A stretch of 64,000 nucleotides of DNA from the NCBI GenBank assembly GCA_038496445.1, contig JALMLS010000447.1, positions 1 through 64,000 on the forward strand, in the 5' to 3' direction. Below the pieces are notes generated by a model. That model was not told the origin of the DNA and did no database searches. It worked only from the letters and a program-made list of their open reading frames with translations. Shown here piece after piece: positions 25,071-39,131 of the stretch. The stretch comes from Trichosphaerium sp. ATCC 40318 (Eukaryota; Protista; Tubulinea). How positions within the stretch are numbered: the stretch's first letter is position 1; each line of letters begins with the position of its first letter. The position numbers and the translations under genes are program-made.

Positions 25071-25601
25071 AACGAAATACTTAAAACAATAGCAGAGACT
25101 TGATTTGACTTTCTTCCTCCAAGGTTCGAGTTGGCTTTCATACTTGACCAAACAGACGTAACGTCAGAAATAAAGAGGCTCCCTTTTGTATAAGAATTAT
25201 TTTTTTTGTGTTGCTACAATTTTTTTTCTCTACACGTGGTGCTTTTGTACAAAAAAAAAAGCACCACTCTTTACATTTTTGTGTTCTGTCGATTGTGGCT
25301 AAAGTGTGCGGTTCTTAAAAATGGACAGAGGGCGCTATATACAATCTTCGATTCGGCACGTGACCTCGCTCAGCCGTTTATACCTTTACACGCTCCACCA
25401 CCCATGCTCCACTAGTAACGCTAGTCTTTGTAGCGTACAGTGATTTGTTTTTGTGTTTTTTCCAAAATTTTGGCCAAAGCAGGATGTTGTTGTGGTGAAG
25501 TTTTTTTTTGTTTTTTGTTGTTTTGTTCCGGCTTCTTGCGGGTTTCGTCCAAACGCGCACACTCTTGAGCGCCCTCATGCCCTTTAAGCCTTTAAAAAGG
25601 C

Positions 25602-26916
25602 CTATATCGCATCAACCAATACACTCTTCATGTCATTCATCAAATTGCTTGGGTTCTTGTCTTGGTTCAAAGAGAAGATTTGTTCTACCACAGCAATTTC
25701 TGTTGCAGTTGTTTCGAGGCCAGTAAATGCGAGCCAATCGTTTACAACGAGGCCTAAAAGCATGTGTTAATCCAGAACATGATAATAAAGTGGCCACACC
25801 ACAAAAAACAAAACATTTCAAATAGGGTAACAGTAGAACACGCCAAAGCGTTCATCAACGCATCAAATAAATAAATTTTGTTAACAAGTGCACTTACCAG
25901 CTCCGATGACATCGCTACCGCGATTGATAGTACCAGCTGTGAGAGGAACTTGCAAGAGGGAGGATAACTCGTTTTGATCTTCCATTGACGTCTGTGGATG
26001 GACTAGTGCTCCTTTGTTTGATAGCGCACAGTAAGATCCAACTAATACCTCGCCTAAAAACAATACGTTAGCTCGCTACGCTTCAGAATATTCGTCTAAA
26101 TGGGAAATGATTTCTTTTTTTTTATGGTGACAGTAGAAAACAAATGTAAGAGCAATTAGGGAAAATAATAGGATATAATCAGCGAACGGTTAGGTTAACA
26201 TAAAAACACTACGTACGAGCAATAGTTTGGCGAAATACTTCGACACCGAGTACATCAGCAATAATCTCTTCGGTTTCCTACGCGTAGATCTTAGTATACG
26301 TTCAACCAATGGTGGGAGTTACAGCAAAAAAAACGGAAAAACAATTTTTTGGCATGCTCTCACAGACTCCATTTGCTGGTGACTTACTTTATCAACGTCG
26401 GGGTGAATAAGGGCGACGTAGTCATTAGCAACGATGCAATTACCAAGAGCGGATAGGCGTTCTTCTACACGTTGAACCACTACGCTGTCTGGGAGCGAAT
26501 TGCGTATGTGGAGTAATTCTTGATCCGTTGTGGTGTTTGGTACTAGTAATCCTCGTTTATTTCCTAGCTTTGGTTAGACAGGTTCATAAATGCATCAAAA
26601 TGGCGTAGTGTATAGCACGAGATGCTTACCACAAGTTAGACGACCAACGATCTTGCAACCGGCTACAGAACTGTATACTACAGGTATATGATCAGCCAAT
26701 TCGTTCTCAATGACTTTGAAGTGTTGTGCGCCGCCGTACGCCACCAAGCAGTACGAGTTGGTTAATTTGGCAAATACGCCGATTTCACTTGAATTTTCAA
26801 ACTGTGCACCTACAGGAGCGATAAATACGCGAGTTTACGAAATACGGAGTGCATTTAACGAAACACAGTGGGTGTATTATTAAAGGAGGAAATCATAGAG
26901 CCGTACGTATGGCCAT
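25602..26916 (-). CDS. EIF6: Eukaryotic translation initiation factor 6
   Basis: [26 protein letters not shown]...[12 protein letters not shown]...[23 protein letters not shown]... Confidence 0.97.
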
Positions 26917-27246
26917 GTTGTTGAAACTGTTAGTTGCGTTTGTGAAGGTGTAAAAAAAAACTTAAGTGAGAATAAAACAAGGTTGCTTCAGAAAAAATTC
27001 CAGAGAAACATTTAAGATCCCTACAGTGACCGCCAATTCATTTAAAATTATGCTACATAGTTTAAACGCCAAACAAACTTATTGTGTCATTTCACTAATT
27101 ATTCTCACAAATGCGCTAATGCCACGCTACATACGTGCTATTAATAAAAAAGCAGTTAGGCGTCGTTTAAAAAAAGACGTGAGGGCGGTTAGGAGGGCAG
27201 TCCAGAAATTTCATCAGTTTTCTTTTTTCATCACCACTTATCTAAC

Positions 27247-27753
<507 letters not shown>

Positions 27754-28082
27754 ACAATAAAATGGTATTTGTACAAAAAACAAAACAAAAAAAGCTACTT
27801 TCCAAACCTTCGTCCTCGCTGGATTCGACAGAGTGGCATGCTTGTGACCTTTTTGTTATGGAATAAAATCGGCTGTCAAAAAAAAAAAAATGTCATTTTG
27901 TTCCTTGTAAAAATGGTAGTTGTAGAACTAGTGTACGTATATGGCGTGGTACACGAAATACGAGTTGCGCGTTTTTTTTGGTTGAAAGAAAAACTGTCGT
28001 GCTTTATTATTTTTTTGTTTTACAAGCATAAAGGGCGACATTCTTCTTGTGAGCGTAGTCTTGGCGTGCGTTTAAAATTGTT

Positions 28083-28604
28083 TTAGAGCATGAGACGGAA
28101 AATGTCGTTTTGGACATAGCATCCATTTGCTTCACCTGCCAATTGAAATACTTGTGTGAAGCTAATTGGGTGGTCTGAGCCCTCGACCTGCGCTACGTGT
28201 TAACGGCGGTAAAAATTAAAGATGACGCGGGAAATTACCTTTAATTTGCCTACAACGTAGACGATCATTGAGCTCTGGCCAGAGGGTTGCACGTCAGCGA
28301 ATTGGATTTGATGTTTGCATTGTTGAAATTGAAGGCTCTAACGTGCATTTGTTAGACGTCAAACTAACCGAACTAGACCGTGTACCAAAAGCTTTTGGGT
28401 TATCTTCTCAGTGCCTTGGAATTTTTCTCCTTCAAACGTGAGAAGAGAGTTATTGCGCTAAAAGCTCAATTAACCAGGTTGAGAGTAGATCGACAAGGTC
28501 GGCTCAAACCGTACGTAGAGACCCTGCAATGCCGCTCGGTTGGTGTCAAACGTTGTGTAGTAATGTTGAACGAACTGTTGTGCGACTTGCTCGTAGTTTG
28601 CCAT
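28083..28604 (-). CDS. NTF2: Nuclear transport factor 2
   Basis: MANYEQVAQQFVQHYYTTFDTNRAALQGLY/RNNSSLTFEGEKFQG...DVQPS...SFTQVFQL...YVQNDIFRLML*. Three short introns. Confidence 0.92.
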
Positions 28605-28722
28605 GTGTTGGTTATTGTTTTGGTTGTAAGCAAAAAGACAAAAACCTGAGGCTTCACACTGAAAAAAAAACCCACAAAAAAAATACGGTCATCACAAGTG
28701 TCGCTTATATTTCGCACCTACC

Positions 28723-29548
28723 ATGCTTTGTAGAGCTCTTAGAACATCCACTGCACGCGCAAACACAAAACGTAGCGTTCCACGCACTACTGTGAGGACA
28801 TGTACTTCTCTTGAAGGCTCCAAAACTCACCAAGCGTTGAAAGACGCATTCGCGGGCGAATCTATGGTACTTGGACGCTACGGAGCATTGTTTTATTGAT
28901 TTATAGGCCAATAGACGTTACAACTACTTCGCTCGTAAAGCCGACATTGAGGGTTACCCAGATGTCGCTGCCGTATTCAGATCAACTGCTGAAGGAGAAA
29001 CAGGTAATTAGGATTTAATTACAATCGTTCTGGTTTTAATGACATGCAGGACACGCTTTTGGTCACATGGACTTCTTGGCTTCTGTTGGCGGTACGTTTT
29101 GTAGTAATGTTTCTCCAACGTTACGAAAGTTTTTGGTCATATTACGCACAGACGCTGATTTTTGTGTATAGATCCAGCTACTGATAAACCAATTGGATCC
29201 ACTTCGGATAACCTAAAGTCTGCCGTACGACCTCCCGAGATTAGGTAACCCAGCTCAGAATATTCTTAGATTGCTGGTGAGACACACGAGTACACTGACA
29301 TGTACCCTGGATTCGCCAAAACCGCACGCGAAGAAGTACGTCTCAGTACTCGTTTTTTTTTTTTCATTTCAATTGCTGACGTATTGATGTTATAGGGTTT
29401 TGATGAGATTGGTGATTGGTTTGAAGTACGTTATAGCTCGTAACTTTATTGTTCAGTTTTTTTTTAACGGCTTGTTTAGAGCTTGGCAAAGGCCGAGAAA
29501 TCTCACGCTGGTAGATTCCAACGTGCTTTGAAGAACTTGGAAGAGTAA
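28723..29548 (+). CDS. Rubrerythrin (ferritin-like di-iron domain only) with mitochondrial-type presequence, 7 exons
   Basis: MLCRALRTSTARANTKRSVPRTTVRTCTS-LEGSKTHQALKDAFAGESM/ANRRYNYFARKADIEGYPDVAAVFRSTAEGETG/HAFGH...GETHEYTDMYPGFAKTAREE/GFDEIGDWFE/SLAKAEKSHAGRF*. Absent from the ORF track. Confidence 0.93.
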
Positions 29549-29742
29549 AAAAAAAGTGCATTTACATGCCACACAGTCCAAAACTATAAACTTCTCTTGC
29601 TATTCTTAATAAAGTCATTGAGTACACACGAGGTCTTCTTCTGGTATTTTCAGGTCAGCAAGTTACGCTAGCGCTATCAAGTTATTTTAAGTTTGTTCTC
29701 CAAATTTCCCATTTCTTAATCAAGCGGTAAAAGTAAATATTT

Positions 29743-32700
29743 ATGAGGCTGGTGCTCTTCCTTATCGGTACAACTTTACAACGTCCATACGTTTGGTAAA
29801 TATTAACAAAAAAAGTAGTGTTGTCTTTAGCCGGTTCGCTCGCGAGAACTCTTCAATGGGTACCTACAATAGACCAAGGCGACGTTGGAACGGTACTGTA
29901 GTTGTTTAGTAAACCCAAAAATATTCAAAAACATCCAAGGCAGCAAATTGGCTTGTTGGAGGCAATGCAGCACTAACGGGACCGGAAATAAACGATGATG
30001 TAGCGTTTGTTGGTACTGATCCAGTTGTCATTATGTTTCCAAACGCAGGTACGTCATTGCGCTAGTTGGTAGTACCCACATTTGGTATTTAAAATGCGCA
30101 CGTGACTAACTATCAAAAAAGAAAAAAATTACCAAAACCAAATCCCAAATTTATTCTTTTTGAGATTGTAGTCAACCGTGCGCATGCATGCTTAAGAACT
30201 TTTGTTTTGTTACATCGTTTTTCCGATCTAACTGTAAAATAGGACCTGTCCCATTTAATAGCCTAGATCTAATCTTTTCTGGTAAGTTTGCAAGTCTTAA
30301 ATGCGTGGCTGCTGCTCACTTGTATAACTTTCTTTTTAAAGCGAGATATCATAGTTGGAATTCAATGGATATTGCAGCAGGCGCTGACGTGACGTTTAAT
30401 TTTACAGATAGCCTTGCTGGTGGGGTGGAGACAAAGTATGGTCATTTATTATAATGCCAATTATTTTTTTGTATCTTATGAGAGTGACGACCTTCTAGCA
30501 TAACTACCGACACTGCTGGATCTCTTGCATTCTATTATGGCACGGGTGCGAACTATGGGCTGCGAACTCTAAGGCAAGTATTTTTTTTTGTGTTTTACGG
30601 CGTTTAAAAGCAGTTGAATCCTTTTTTTTTTTTTTTTTGATATGTCTTCATTTGTGGTCTGATCGTAAAAGTAGCATGCCACCTTCATGGACAAATCCTA
30701 TCAGTATCCATACTCAGGGTTCAAATCTGAATTGGGTTACTGTTCCTTTCTCGAACACTTTGACCGTAGATGCGGGTTCCGGTACAATTTCCATTTGGGT
30801 GCAAACGCCACAGACACAAATTAAGTACGCGTAATATTTGAAACTTTACGCCAATTTTTTCTTTATTGGTTGTTTACTTTTTCAAAAGCATGGATTATAT
30901 ATCGTATCGAAGCGATTTAACGCCGAGTACTGAAGTACTGTTCGGCACTCTTGAGGATGAGCCTTTTAATTCAGATTACATCGTCAATATCGGTTCTATC
31001 ACGCAAGCAACACGTAGTGTCTCACATGTTGGAACCACTCTTACTAATGGAATTAATATAAACCTATCGATAATTGTGTCTGGTGTTGTTACAGTGGAGC
31101 AACGTTAGCATTTTACCCCTTTTTCGGATATGTGGTTTTGGGCTAACTCTTTTTTTTTTAATGTCTAGGGGAGCTCAGTTTTAGCCGTGCTGCTGATGTG
31201 ACATTAAATGATGTATCAATTGCTGCTAACAGTCTTGTTCGAGTGACGGTACGTTTGGGGTGGTAGTATACACTGTCTTGTCACAAATTGATTTAAAAAA
31301 ACCCCGTATGGTGTTTTCTCATTTGTTTGTTACTAGAACAATGACAACCTGGCATCCGGTACCTCTTTCACACTGTTGGGCACAGTTAGTGGATCCGGAC
31401 TATTCGTTTTTCAAAATCAAAATATAACCTTTCCGGCTGGCTCTGTGGTTTCTATTCCAGGGATAACATGTCTTGCTACTTCCTTTCCAAATAAGCCATC
31501 ATTCGTGAGGTTCGCTGGAACAGTAGCCAATAGACCGTTTTTATTGTTAAGTCGTACGACATTCTAAACTTTATGCTTTGTCCAAAGATTTGTTTGCACT
31601 CACTGGTTTAATTTGGTTTTTAGTTGCACCAGCAACTATGACTGTAATCATAGATACCACCACTGAAATGAGCGAACTTCAACTTGCTGCTATTGGAGCA
31701 GTCATTTTCCGAGGTCCAGAACACGTGAGTATTCCACAGTTTAACAGCGCTTGCAATCCCAAGAGTAAAACCTGATAACCCGAATGTTAGATCTTTTTCA
31801 GCAACATCACTTTGTTTGGAACGGGAACTAGATCACAGATCGCCAGTGATGGTCGTATCCACTTTGCTGAAAGCTTGGATGGTACTTTTACTACAGAAGC
31901 GGGCGGTATAATATTCTATGATAAAGTACGTTAACGTGTTTTTAAATCGCCTAGCCACCACTTTCCACCACCTCTTTTTATTTGTTTTGACTAAAAAAAT
32001 AAATTTTAGCCGCCTACAGGTGTCACAATAACAGGCGCCGGAAGTATTGCTATTGACAGTGGCGTCATGGACTGGGGAGCGAATTCAATCGCCACTACGG
32101 TAGCCCATATTGCCAACGGGGGAGACTTGGTGTATAACTCACAGGCAGATATCTCACAGAACGAGGTGAGACTGTTAAGCAGCGATGTGACAGGGGCGGA
32201 CTCTCTTCAATTCGTGCGTTTGTTTTGTACGATGATGTCTCTCATTTATTCTTTTTCGAGTATAGGCCAAGATCGTCGGTGCTGCTACAGCTTCTCAAAC
32301 TGTGTCAATAAGGAGCCTACAAAATGCAGAGGTAACGTTACTATCAGTTGAGTCAGGGATCCTATCTATATCACGTGCGCTTTTACTCCTTTGAAAATCC
32401 AAAAAAGAAAGTTTTGTCTTTTAATTTTTGTACAATTAGAATCGTCTGTCTCAGTCTCCAATCAACTTGTATGGGGCGATGAGGGAACCTTGGATATTGA
32501 AATGGGATCTGTCGTAACCGTTAGAGATATTGTCATCAACACTGGAAGTATAGACAAAATGGCGGTGCTTCAAGGTATGAATGAGCGATTAGTATCAAAT
32601 CGATTAAATTCTGATTTTGGCTTTTAGGTGACGGCCTTTTCAACGTCACAGGTAATGTTCAAATTAGCAATGGTACATTGGTTATTAGGCAATCTCAAGC

Positions 32701-35700
32701 CAGGTTTGACGGAACCATTACTATATCTACGGGTGGAATGTTGGTCGTCGAGACGGTGGGCAACATCGAATCCGTTCAAATTTCTGGTATGTCTCATCTA
32801 CTTTTTGAACCTTCAAACCAATCAATGTCTTGTTAACATTATTAGGTAACGGCGTTTTACGCCTAACTGGTGTACGCGTTTTTTTGAATACAAAATCAGA
32901 TAAGTGACTCATTAAATACATCTAGACCGGTCAGTCTGTAGGAGATGTGATAATGTCAGATATCGGATCTCTCTTAGAAGTTGTGGCAAACAGTACCAAG
33001 AGAACGACTGTATCCCAGCAGATACGGTCACTTGATTGGCAAAGAGGTATGATACTGTACATGAGACATACGTTAATGTATTGTAAAGGACAATTAAACA
33101 TGGGTGGCGGCGGACTTGAGGCACAAGGCGTCACGTTATCAAGAGACGGCGAAAAAGTTTTGGCTAACGGGTGCTTGACGCTCAGTGGAACTATTACGTT
33201 CGAAGGTGACGGAACAACCATCAATGGTAACCAAAAAACTCTCCCAAAACCACGCTTAATTGTTGATTTAGGTATATCTCCAAGCACTCTTGTTACTGGT
33301 GTACGATTCTCTTTTTTTTCTTTGTTTCTTCTTTTTTCTTCAAAAACGTGTTCATTAATCGGATTGGACTAGTCGATGGATTTGAACTCTGGCAGTTACA
33401 GGTTTAATGTGGACGAACTTATCACAAGGGTTTGATATATTTTTGTTTTTTTTTACCTCAACACGTGTTAATGGATTCTTAACGATAGAATTTGACTCAA
33501 ATAGTGGACGGTGCTGAGCTTGTTGTATCCGGCACACTCACACAAGAAGGCAATTTTAGGGCTTCAGGTCTTACTGCCCTTGTGATTGCAGACATGATTG
33601 ATAACAAAGGAGTACTAGAGGTCCGCACATTCGTGACTTTTTGTATGACGTGAACCCATACCAACTCTTACTTTTTAGTATTCCGGTTTATTCGAAGGTG
33701 ACCTTCAAAACAGCGGTAGACTCAATGTCGGACTTGGAGATGCCTCTCCTCCTCCAGGAAGGGTTCTTGACATCTCTGGAGAATTCACACAGGTAAGTGA
33801 TTTACTACGTTAGATCCTTGTATTGACCAATTTGCAAGAGTTCTACTGGTTCAATCTTGTTCAAAATAGGAGGACAATTGCGTGCCGATCATGACGCAAT
33901 TCAAGCCATGAGTATAGTCCTTGATGGTGATTTGATACTAGAGACTACAGTACAAGAGATTAACTCTACAGCTCAGTTATCAGTGATGAATTCCAATACA
34001 AGTACGTTTTAAATGCCTCTAATGAACCGCGCCTTGCACGTGCAGAGATTGTTGGCTAAATATCGTGCGTCATAGCTATCGTTGGAAGTTTTTCGAACCA
34101 AACAAAGAGTCCGCTGTTAGTAAACGCCACAATTGGCATACGAGGTGATTCTGTAATCCTCTTTCTCGAAGGCAAGTTTTTTTTTTGATTCTGCATAACA
34201 AAATCCTGGATTTGGTTTTTGTGCTTGCGTGTTGCTCATGTACCCACTTCAGGTTGCCAAGCGCTCGTATCATGTGGAAACTGTATTATCAACGCTGACT
34301 GTCAATGGTGTCAAATCGGAGTAGCTCGATGTTTGTCATCAAGTACGTCAATATTTCATCTTAATAATAATAATCAAAACACTTGATTTGACTTTATACA
34401 ATAGGCGTACAATGTGATTCTAGTGTCGGTATAGGCGGCACGTGTCCAAGTGAATCCACCGACAGTTCTATCAGTACGTTAAATGGTGTTCTTGTTCTTG
34501 TTCTTGTTGTTAAAGAGATGTGTCTAGACGTGGTTGCTATCATTGTACCTATCATTATATGCTTGATCATCATCATACTCGTTGCTGCTTTTCTCATTCT
34601 CAAGTTCAGAAGAGAACCAGAAGGTTCTATACTACAGGTAAGTTATACAACCAAATATCTCATCTTGTTGCTGACAAGTACTTTTTTTAGAGGAAACCAG
34701 GTCCTCCAAACTTCGAACCTATCGCTTTTGGCCAAGCACTAATGATCACTCGTATTGCAAAGGAAGATTCCGGAAGGGCTCAGAGTTTGGACGAGCTCAG
34801 GAGCCTTCTCGTTGAAGATGAGGAGTTCCGACTTGCTAGCGCCATTGCTGATATAACCAAAGCTACAGAACAGGATGGCATGGCTCAAGCCTTTGTATAC
34901 ATCTTTGAGAGTCACGAGGGATCACTCAACCTCATACGTAACTTTATTTCAGCAGAGGTTGCTGCTGTAGAATTGGAAACGACGCTTTTCCGCTCGAACA
35001 GTATGGCATCCAAGATGCTCAAATTCTACTCCAAATTAGTAGGACTACAGTATCTATGGAATACACTCAGTAGCGAGATTTTCTTGCTGATGGAACGCAC
35101 GAAGGGTACGTCATCCTGACTTTTCATGCACTTTGTTCTAAACTTTGATTCAAGGTGACACTGCTGGCAACGACCACATGGAGATGTCGGGAGTTGCTCA
35201 ACCTGCCCCATTAAAGGACTCGATGGCGTTCACTTTTGAACTCGATCCTGTACTGAAGGCAGATGACGAGGATGTCCGTATCAATAAGTACACACTACTC
35301 CTCACAGCGCAGAAAGTGCTCACAAAGATTTTACGATCACTCGATAGCATCCCAATGTACGTCCATCACAAGCTTTTTCTTTTCCCTGTCACGTGTTTAA
35401 TAGCGCTAATATGATTTGTAAAGAGAGTTCCGTGTGATTTGCACGCACTTGGGTAGGGAGGTGCACAAGAGGTTTCCAAAGTCAAAGTACACAGCGATTG
35501 GCGGGTTTATCTTCTTAAGGTTCTTCAACCCAGCAATCAACTTGCCTGAGTCCTACGGACTTGCAGCGGAACCTCCTTCCAGAGAGGCTCGTCGTGTGTT
35601 TGTACTTATAACAAAGACACTACAAAGTCTATCGAACGGTATCAAACTGGGTGGAAAGGAGCCTTACATGGCCGTACTGAATGATTTTATCGATGAAAAT

Positions 35701-35964
35701 CAAGATGAGATTAACAATTTCTTTGATGGTATTGCCACAATGCCTAAGAATAGAACAGAGGATGACGACTTTCTGCCTTCTGTTATACCTGATTGGATAC
35801 AACAGATTGCACTTGCAAACGTGTACAAGATGATATACATGAACAGGACGAAGCTGAACCAAGTCTTGAAGGAAGAAGATGAAGACACACTCGCCACCAA
35901 ATTGGAACAGTTGATTGCCAGAGTAGGTGATCCACTTGCATACGAGAAAAAAGACTCAGCGTAG
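29743..35964 (+). CDS. Single-pass receptor RasGAP, paralog 1: signal peptide, beta-helical adhesin-like ectodomain, PSI, TM, RasGAP
   Basis: MRLVLFLIAGSLA signal. PSI-like CQALVSCGNCIINADCQWCQIGVARC. TM VVAIIVPIIICLIIIILVAAFLIL. GAP motifs LFRSNSMASK and GGFIFLRFFNPAI. More than 20 exons; some internal exon boundaries are uncertain. Confidence 0.85.
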
Positions 35965-36225
35965 ATTAGAAGAAAAGACATTTTTTTAGCTGTTTTTTTT
36001 TCTTCGAAAATATTTAATTGTTTTGTGTCAACAAAGACAGAAGTATGCGCTCCGATTAAAGAACAGATAGTTGTTATTATTAGTTATATTATAAGGTCTT
36101 GTTACTATTTTTATACAAAAAAAGGGTGTAGTTTGTGTTTAATTACAGGAGTGAGGCTATTAACGTTGTGGTGCCAAGGACACAAAAAACGTGGGTAAAA
36201 AAAAGTTGGTCAACACGATGTCCGG

Positions 36226-38241
36226 TTACACTTTCATTTGATTCGCTGCAATGTGTCGCACTGAACCGTAGTGGTAATCCTCATAGTGTGAGAGGATAAT
36301 TGTTCGTCCTTCGACATCACCTGCATCCGTAGGTGATATGGTGACGACCGAGTTGTCGTCCTTTAAACTTGATATTACTGTGATTGTTGCTTTTAGCATC
36401 TAAAACAAATTAACACTCAGATCAGAACGTGCTAATGCAATAGGTACCTGTGACATGGCTGTCAGTGTAATATGGTCTCCCCACGTCCCATTCCGCGCCA
36501 TTTTCTTGAGATATTCCTCCCACGATTGACCTGCAACAAAGTCCTTGATGGATCCTTCAGGCTAAACAAGTTGTAAGCGACAAATTGCTGAGAAACCAAT
36601 AGGACAGAAAACGTACAAAGACCTGATCAGCATTTTTTTGTAGCCACAAGACTGTCACATACCGCAGTTTTGCTGCTTTTTCTGTGCTTCCATACAGTTG
36701 ATCACATACTGCTGCAAACTGGCAGTTACCATCACTACAAGGGAACAATAGCGTCAGTACAAAAGCCCAATTACAGACTAACTTTGCAAAAACGTACGCT
36801 GGTATGACGACTGCCTCTTCTAGACCGTACGATTTCAGTCTGGCATTGAGTCTGTCACGTGCTTGATTTCTGAGTATCTGTGTACGTTCTTGCTATGTGG
36901 CAACGTTAGTACAACAATTTCACTTTTTAGAAAGGGTAGGGTGATGAGGTAGCCGTACCTTCTCCTTGTCGTCATTTACAGAATGCATTATGAACGATAT
37001 TTGAGACCTAGAAAATCCGTCTCTGGTCAAATCAGTCATGAGTTGTCGCATATCTGTACTCATTATCGAATTACGCCAGCCTTTACGAAGAGGTGTCAGT
37101 TAAGCTATTTCCCCTTTTTGAAACTGAAAAAAAAACAAGGTTGTACTGGAGCGGTGTGGAAGTGACATGGCCTGTTTCGCCTGTTTAGGTGTTGGCGTAG
37201 GTTGATTAGATGGAACATTATCAGTTGGAGGCAATTGTCCATGACCCTTCTTGTGCACGTGCACCGGTTCTGGCTTTTCTTGTATAGACGCAGGTGGGTC
37301 CTTATCGGCGTTGTTGTGTACTGTTGAAGCTGGCTTTGTTGGATTTCTGAGAGGTTTAGAAGGGGGTTTGCGTGGTGATGGAGGTTTTGGTTTGTCTCTC
37401 TTCCTCCCAAGTACCAATCGTTGAAACCCACGTCTTATACTTCCTGGTTCTTTCCTGTATAGGAGTCAGAACTGCCTCAAACTCAAAAAAAGTGTATTGG
37501 ATTCATGTGCACAAAATATTTACTTTTTCTTTCGCTTGTGTTCCTGCATGTGTTTACCCGGCTTTTCATTAGACATAAGGTCACCTTCAATGGGTAGCGT
37601 ATAACTGTCTGATTGAATTGACGATGGCGGATCATCACGAGAGCCTAACATGATGGGTAATTCCTTATTTGGGTCGAGTTCCACCTCTCTTTCTAAAAAA
37701 AGTGGTCAAAACCAACCAAATAACCGACAAGAAAAAAAACAAAGCAAACAATCACGTGTTGCAAAAAGAAAATAATGTTACCTTTACTGTGATCTCCACT
37801 GAAACCATTAGACGAGCTCGTCAACTCGGTGAGGTTATCTAGCGTTTGATTGAGGTCCTGCCCGGTGCCGTCGTATGCTTGCGCTATTAGGGATCGTGTG
37901 CAAAGTGGATGAGCACCAAACATGTCGTGCAAGTGCGCAATATCACGCTAGAGCGAAGCGGGTAAATAAGGACGGAAGTTCGCAGATTCGTTTAACAGCC
38001 CTGGGTTTTTGGGTTTTTACATAACGTACCTGGCGTTTTCGGGTGTTGGTACCGCGTGAGCGAGGTTTTCTGGTCGTACTATTGGTATGTTTAACAGTTT
38101 TGCATTCACGAAAAGCCCGTACTGCGATGAATGAGTAGTACTGTGTTTGTGATGGCCTGCGTTATCGCTTACGTAGTCTACATGACCAGCAACATAAAAC
38201 CCTTCCACAAACTCTGGTACGCTTCCTAAAACGTCGTCCAT
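36226..38241 (-). CDS. OTU-domain deubiquitinase with an N-terminal CUE-like region
   Basis: DGNCQFAAVCDQLYGS...WEEYLKKMARNGTWGDHITL...HYGSV (catalytic Cys/His). N-terminal LHDMFG...QDLNQTLDNL is CUE-like. Confidence 0.85.
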
Positions 38242-38350
38242 GCGAATTGCACCTTTATTTCGCTCGTAATTTGTATTTCAAGACCAGAATTGACATTTTC
38301 CCAAATTACAAAAATTTATTTAAATTCTTCAACTCTAAAACGCTGTTGGT

Positions 38351-38960
38351 ATGTCAAGGGTTAAGATAAAGAGGGTGCAAACCCCATTTCCCTTAGTAAG
38401 AGAGGCCAATATGTGTATTACCCTTACAGGTCATGTAGAAAAGGATTAAAGACTTGATGCAAGAAGATGAGGATGTTGGTCGCGTAGCAAAAGGCGTGTT
38501 AGCTCTGAAATTAGTAGTGTCAACATTAATGACTTTTACATAGATGCAACAGTTTTAGTTGGTAATGAGCGTATCTTGTGCGTACCAATACTTTGTTAGG
38601 ACGTGCAGTAGAACTTTTTATCGAGCAATTTACGCGAGACGCATGTAAACACACTCTAGAGCGCAAAGCAAAAACTGTCAAAGCAATGGATTAGTACGTG
38701 AAGCTTCAAGTTTTTCTACTCTATCCTGACACGCTGTTAATGGTTTACCTGCGTAGTAAGCATTGTGTTAACAACAACAAGCAATACGATTTTCTGGAAG
38801 ATGTATTTGACGGTGTGCCAGACAAGGAACAACCCAAGCAATCAAAAAAACGGTAAGCTTGTAATGTATGCAGTAGTACTAAGTCTGAAGCAGTAAAACA
38901 ACATCATCTGATGGTCCTACAAAAGCGAAGAAACCCAAAATTACCAAGGCAACAAAGTAG
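38351..38960 (+). CDS. DRAP1: Histone-fold protein, NC2-alpha/DRAP1-like
   Basis: FPL/KRIKDLMQEDEDVGRVAK/DATVLV/GRAVELFIEQF...YDFLEDV. Includes one GC-AG intron and an 18-nt exon. Confidence 0.8.
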
Positions 38961-39131
38961 GCACTTAAAAAAAAAAAGTCTGTATTATGCCTCGTTACCT
39001 ACCTGTGAGCTTTGTAAAATATGTAGTCACTTTGTTAGTGACGTTATTTTTCGAGAGTGTTCGAATCAGTGAAACTAGTTTAATTTTCACGACCACCGCT
39101 TTAAAGTCCGCCAAGATAAACAACTAGAGCA

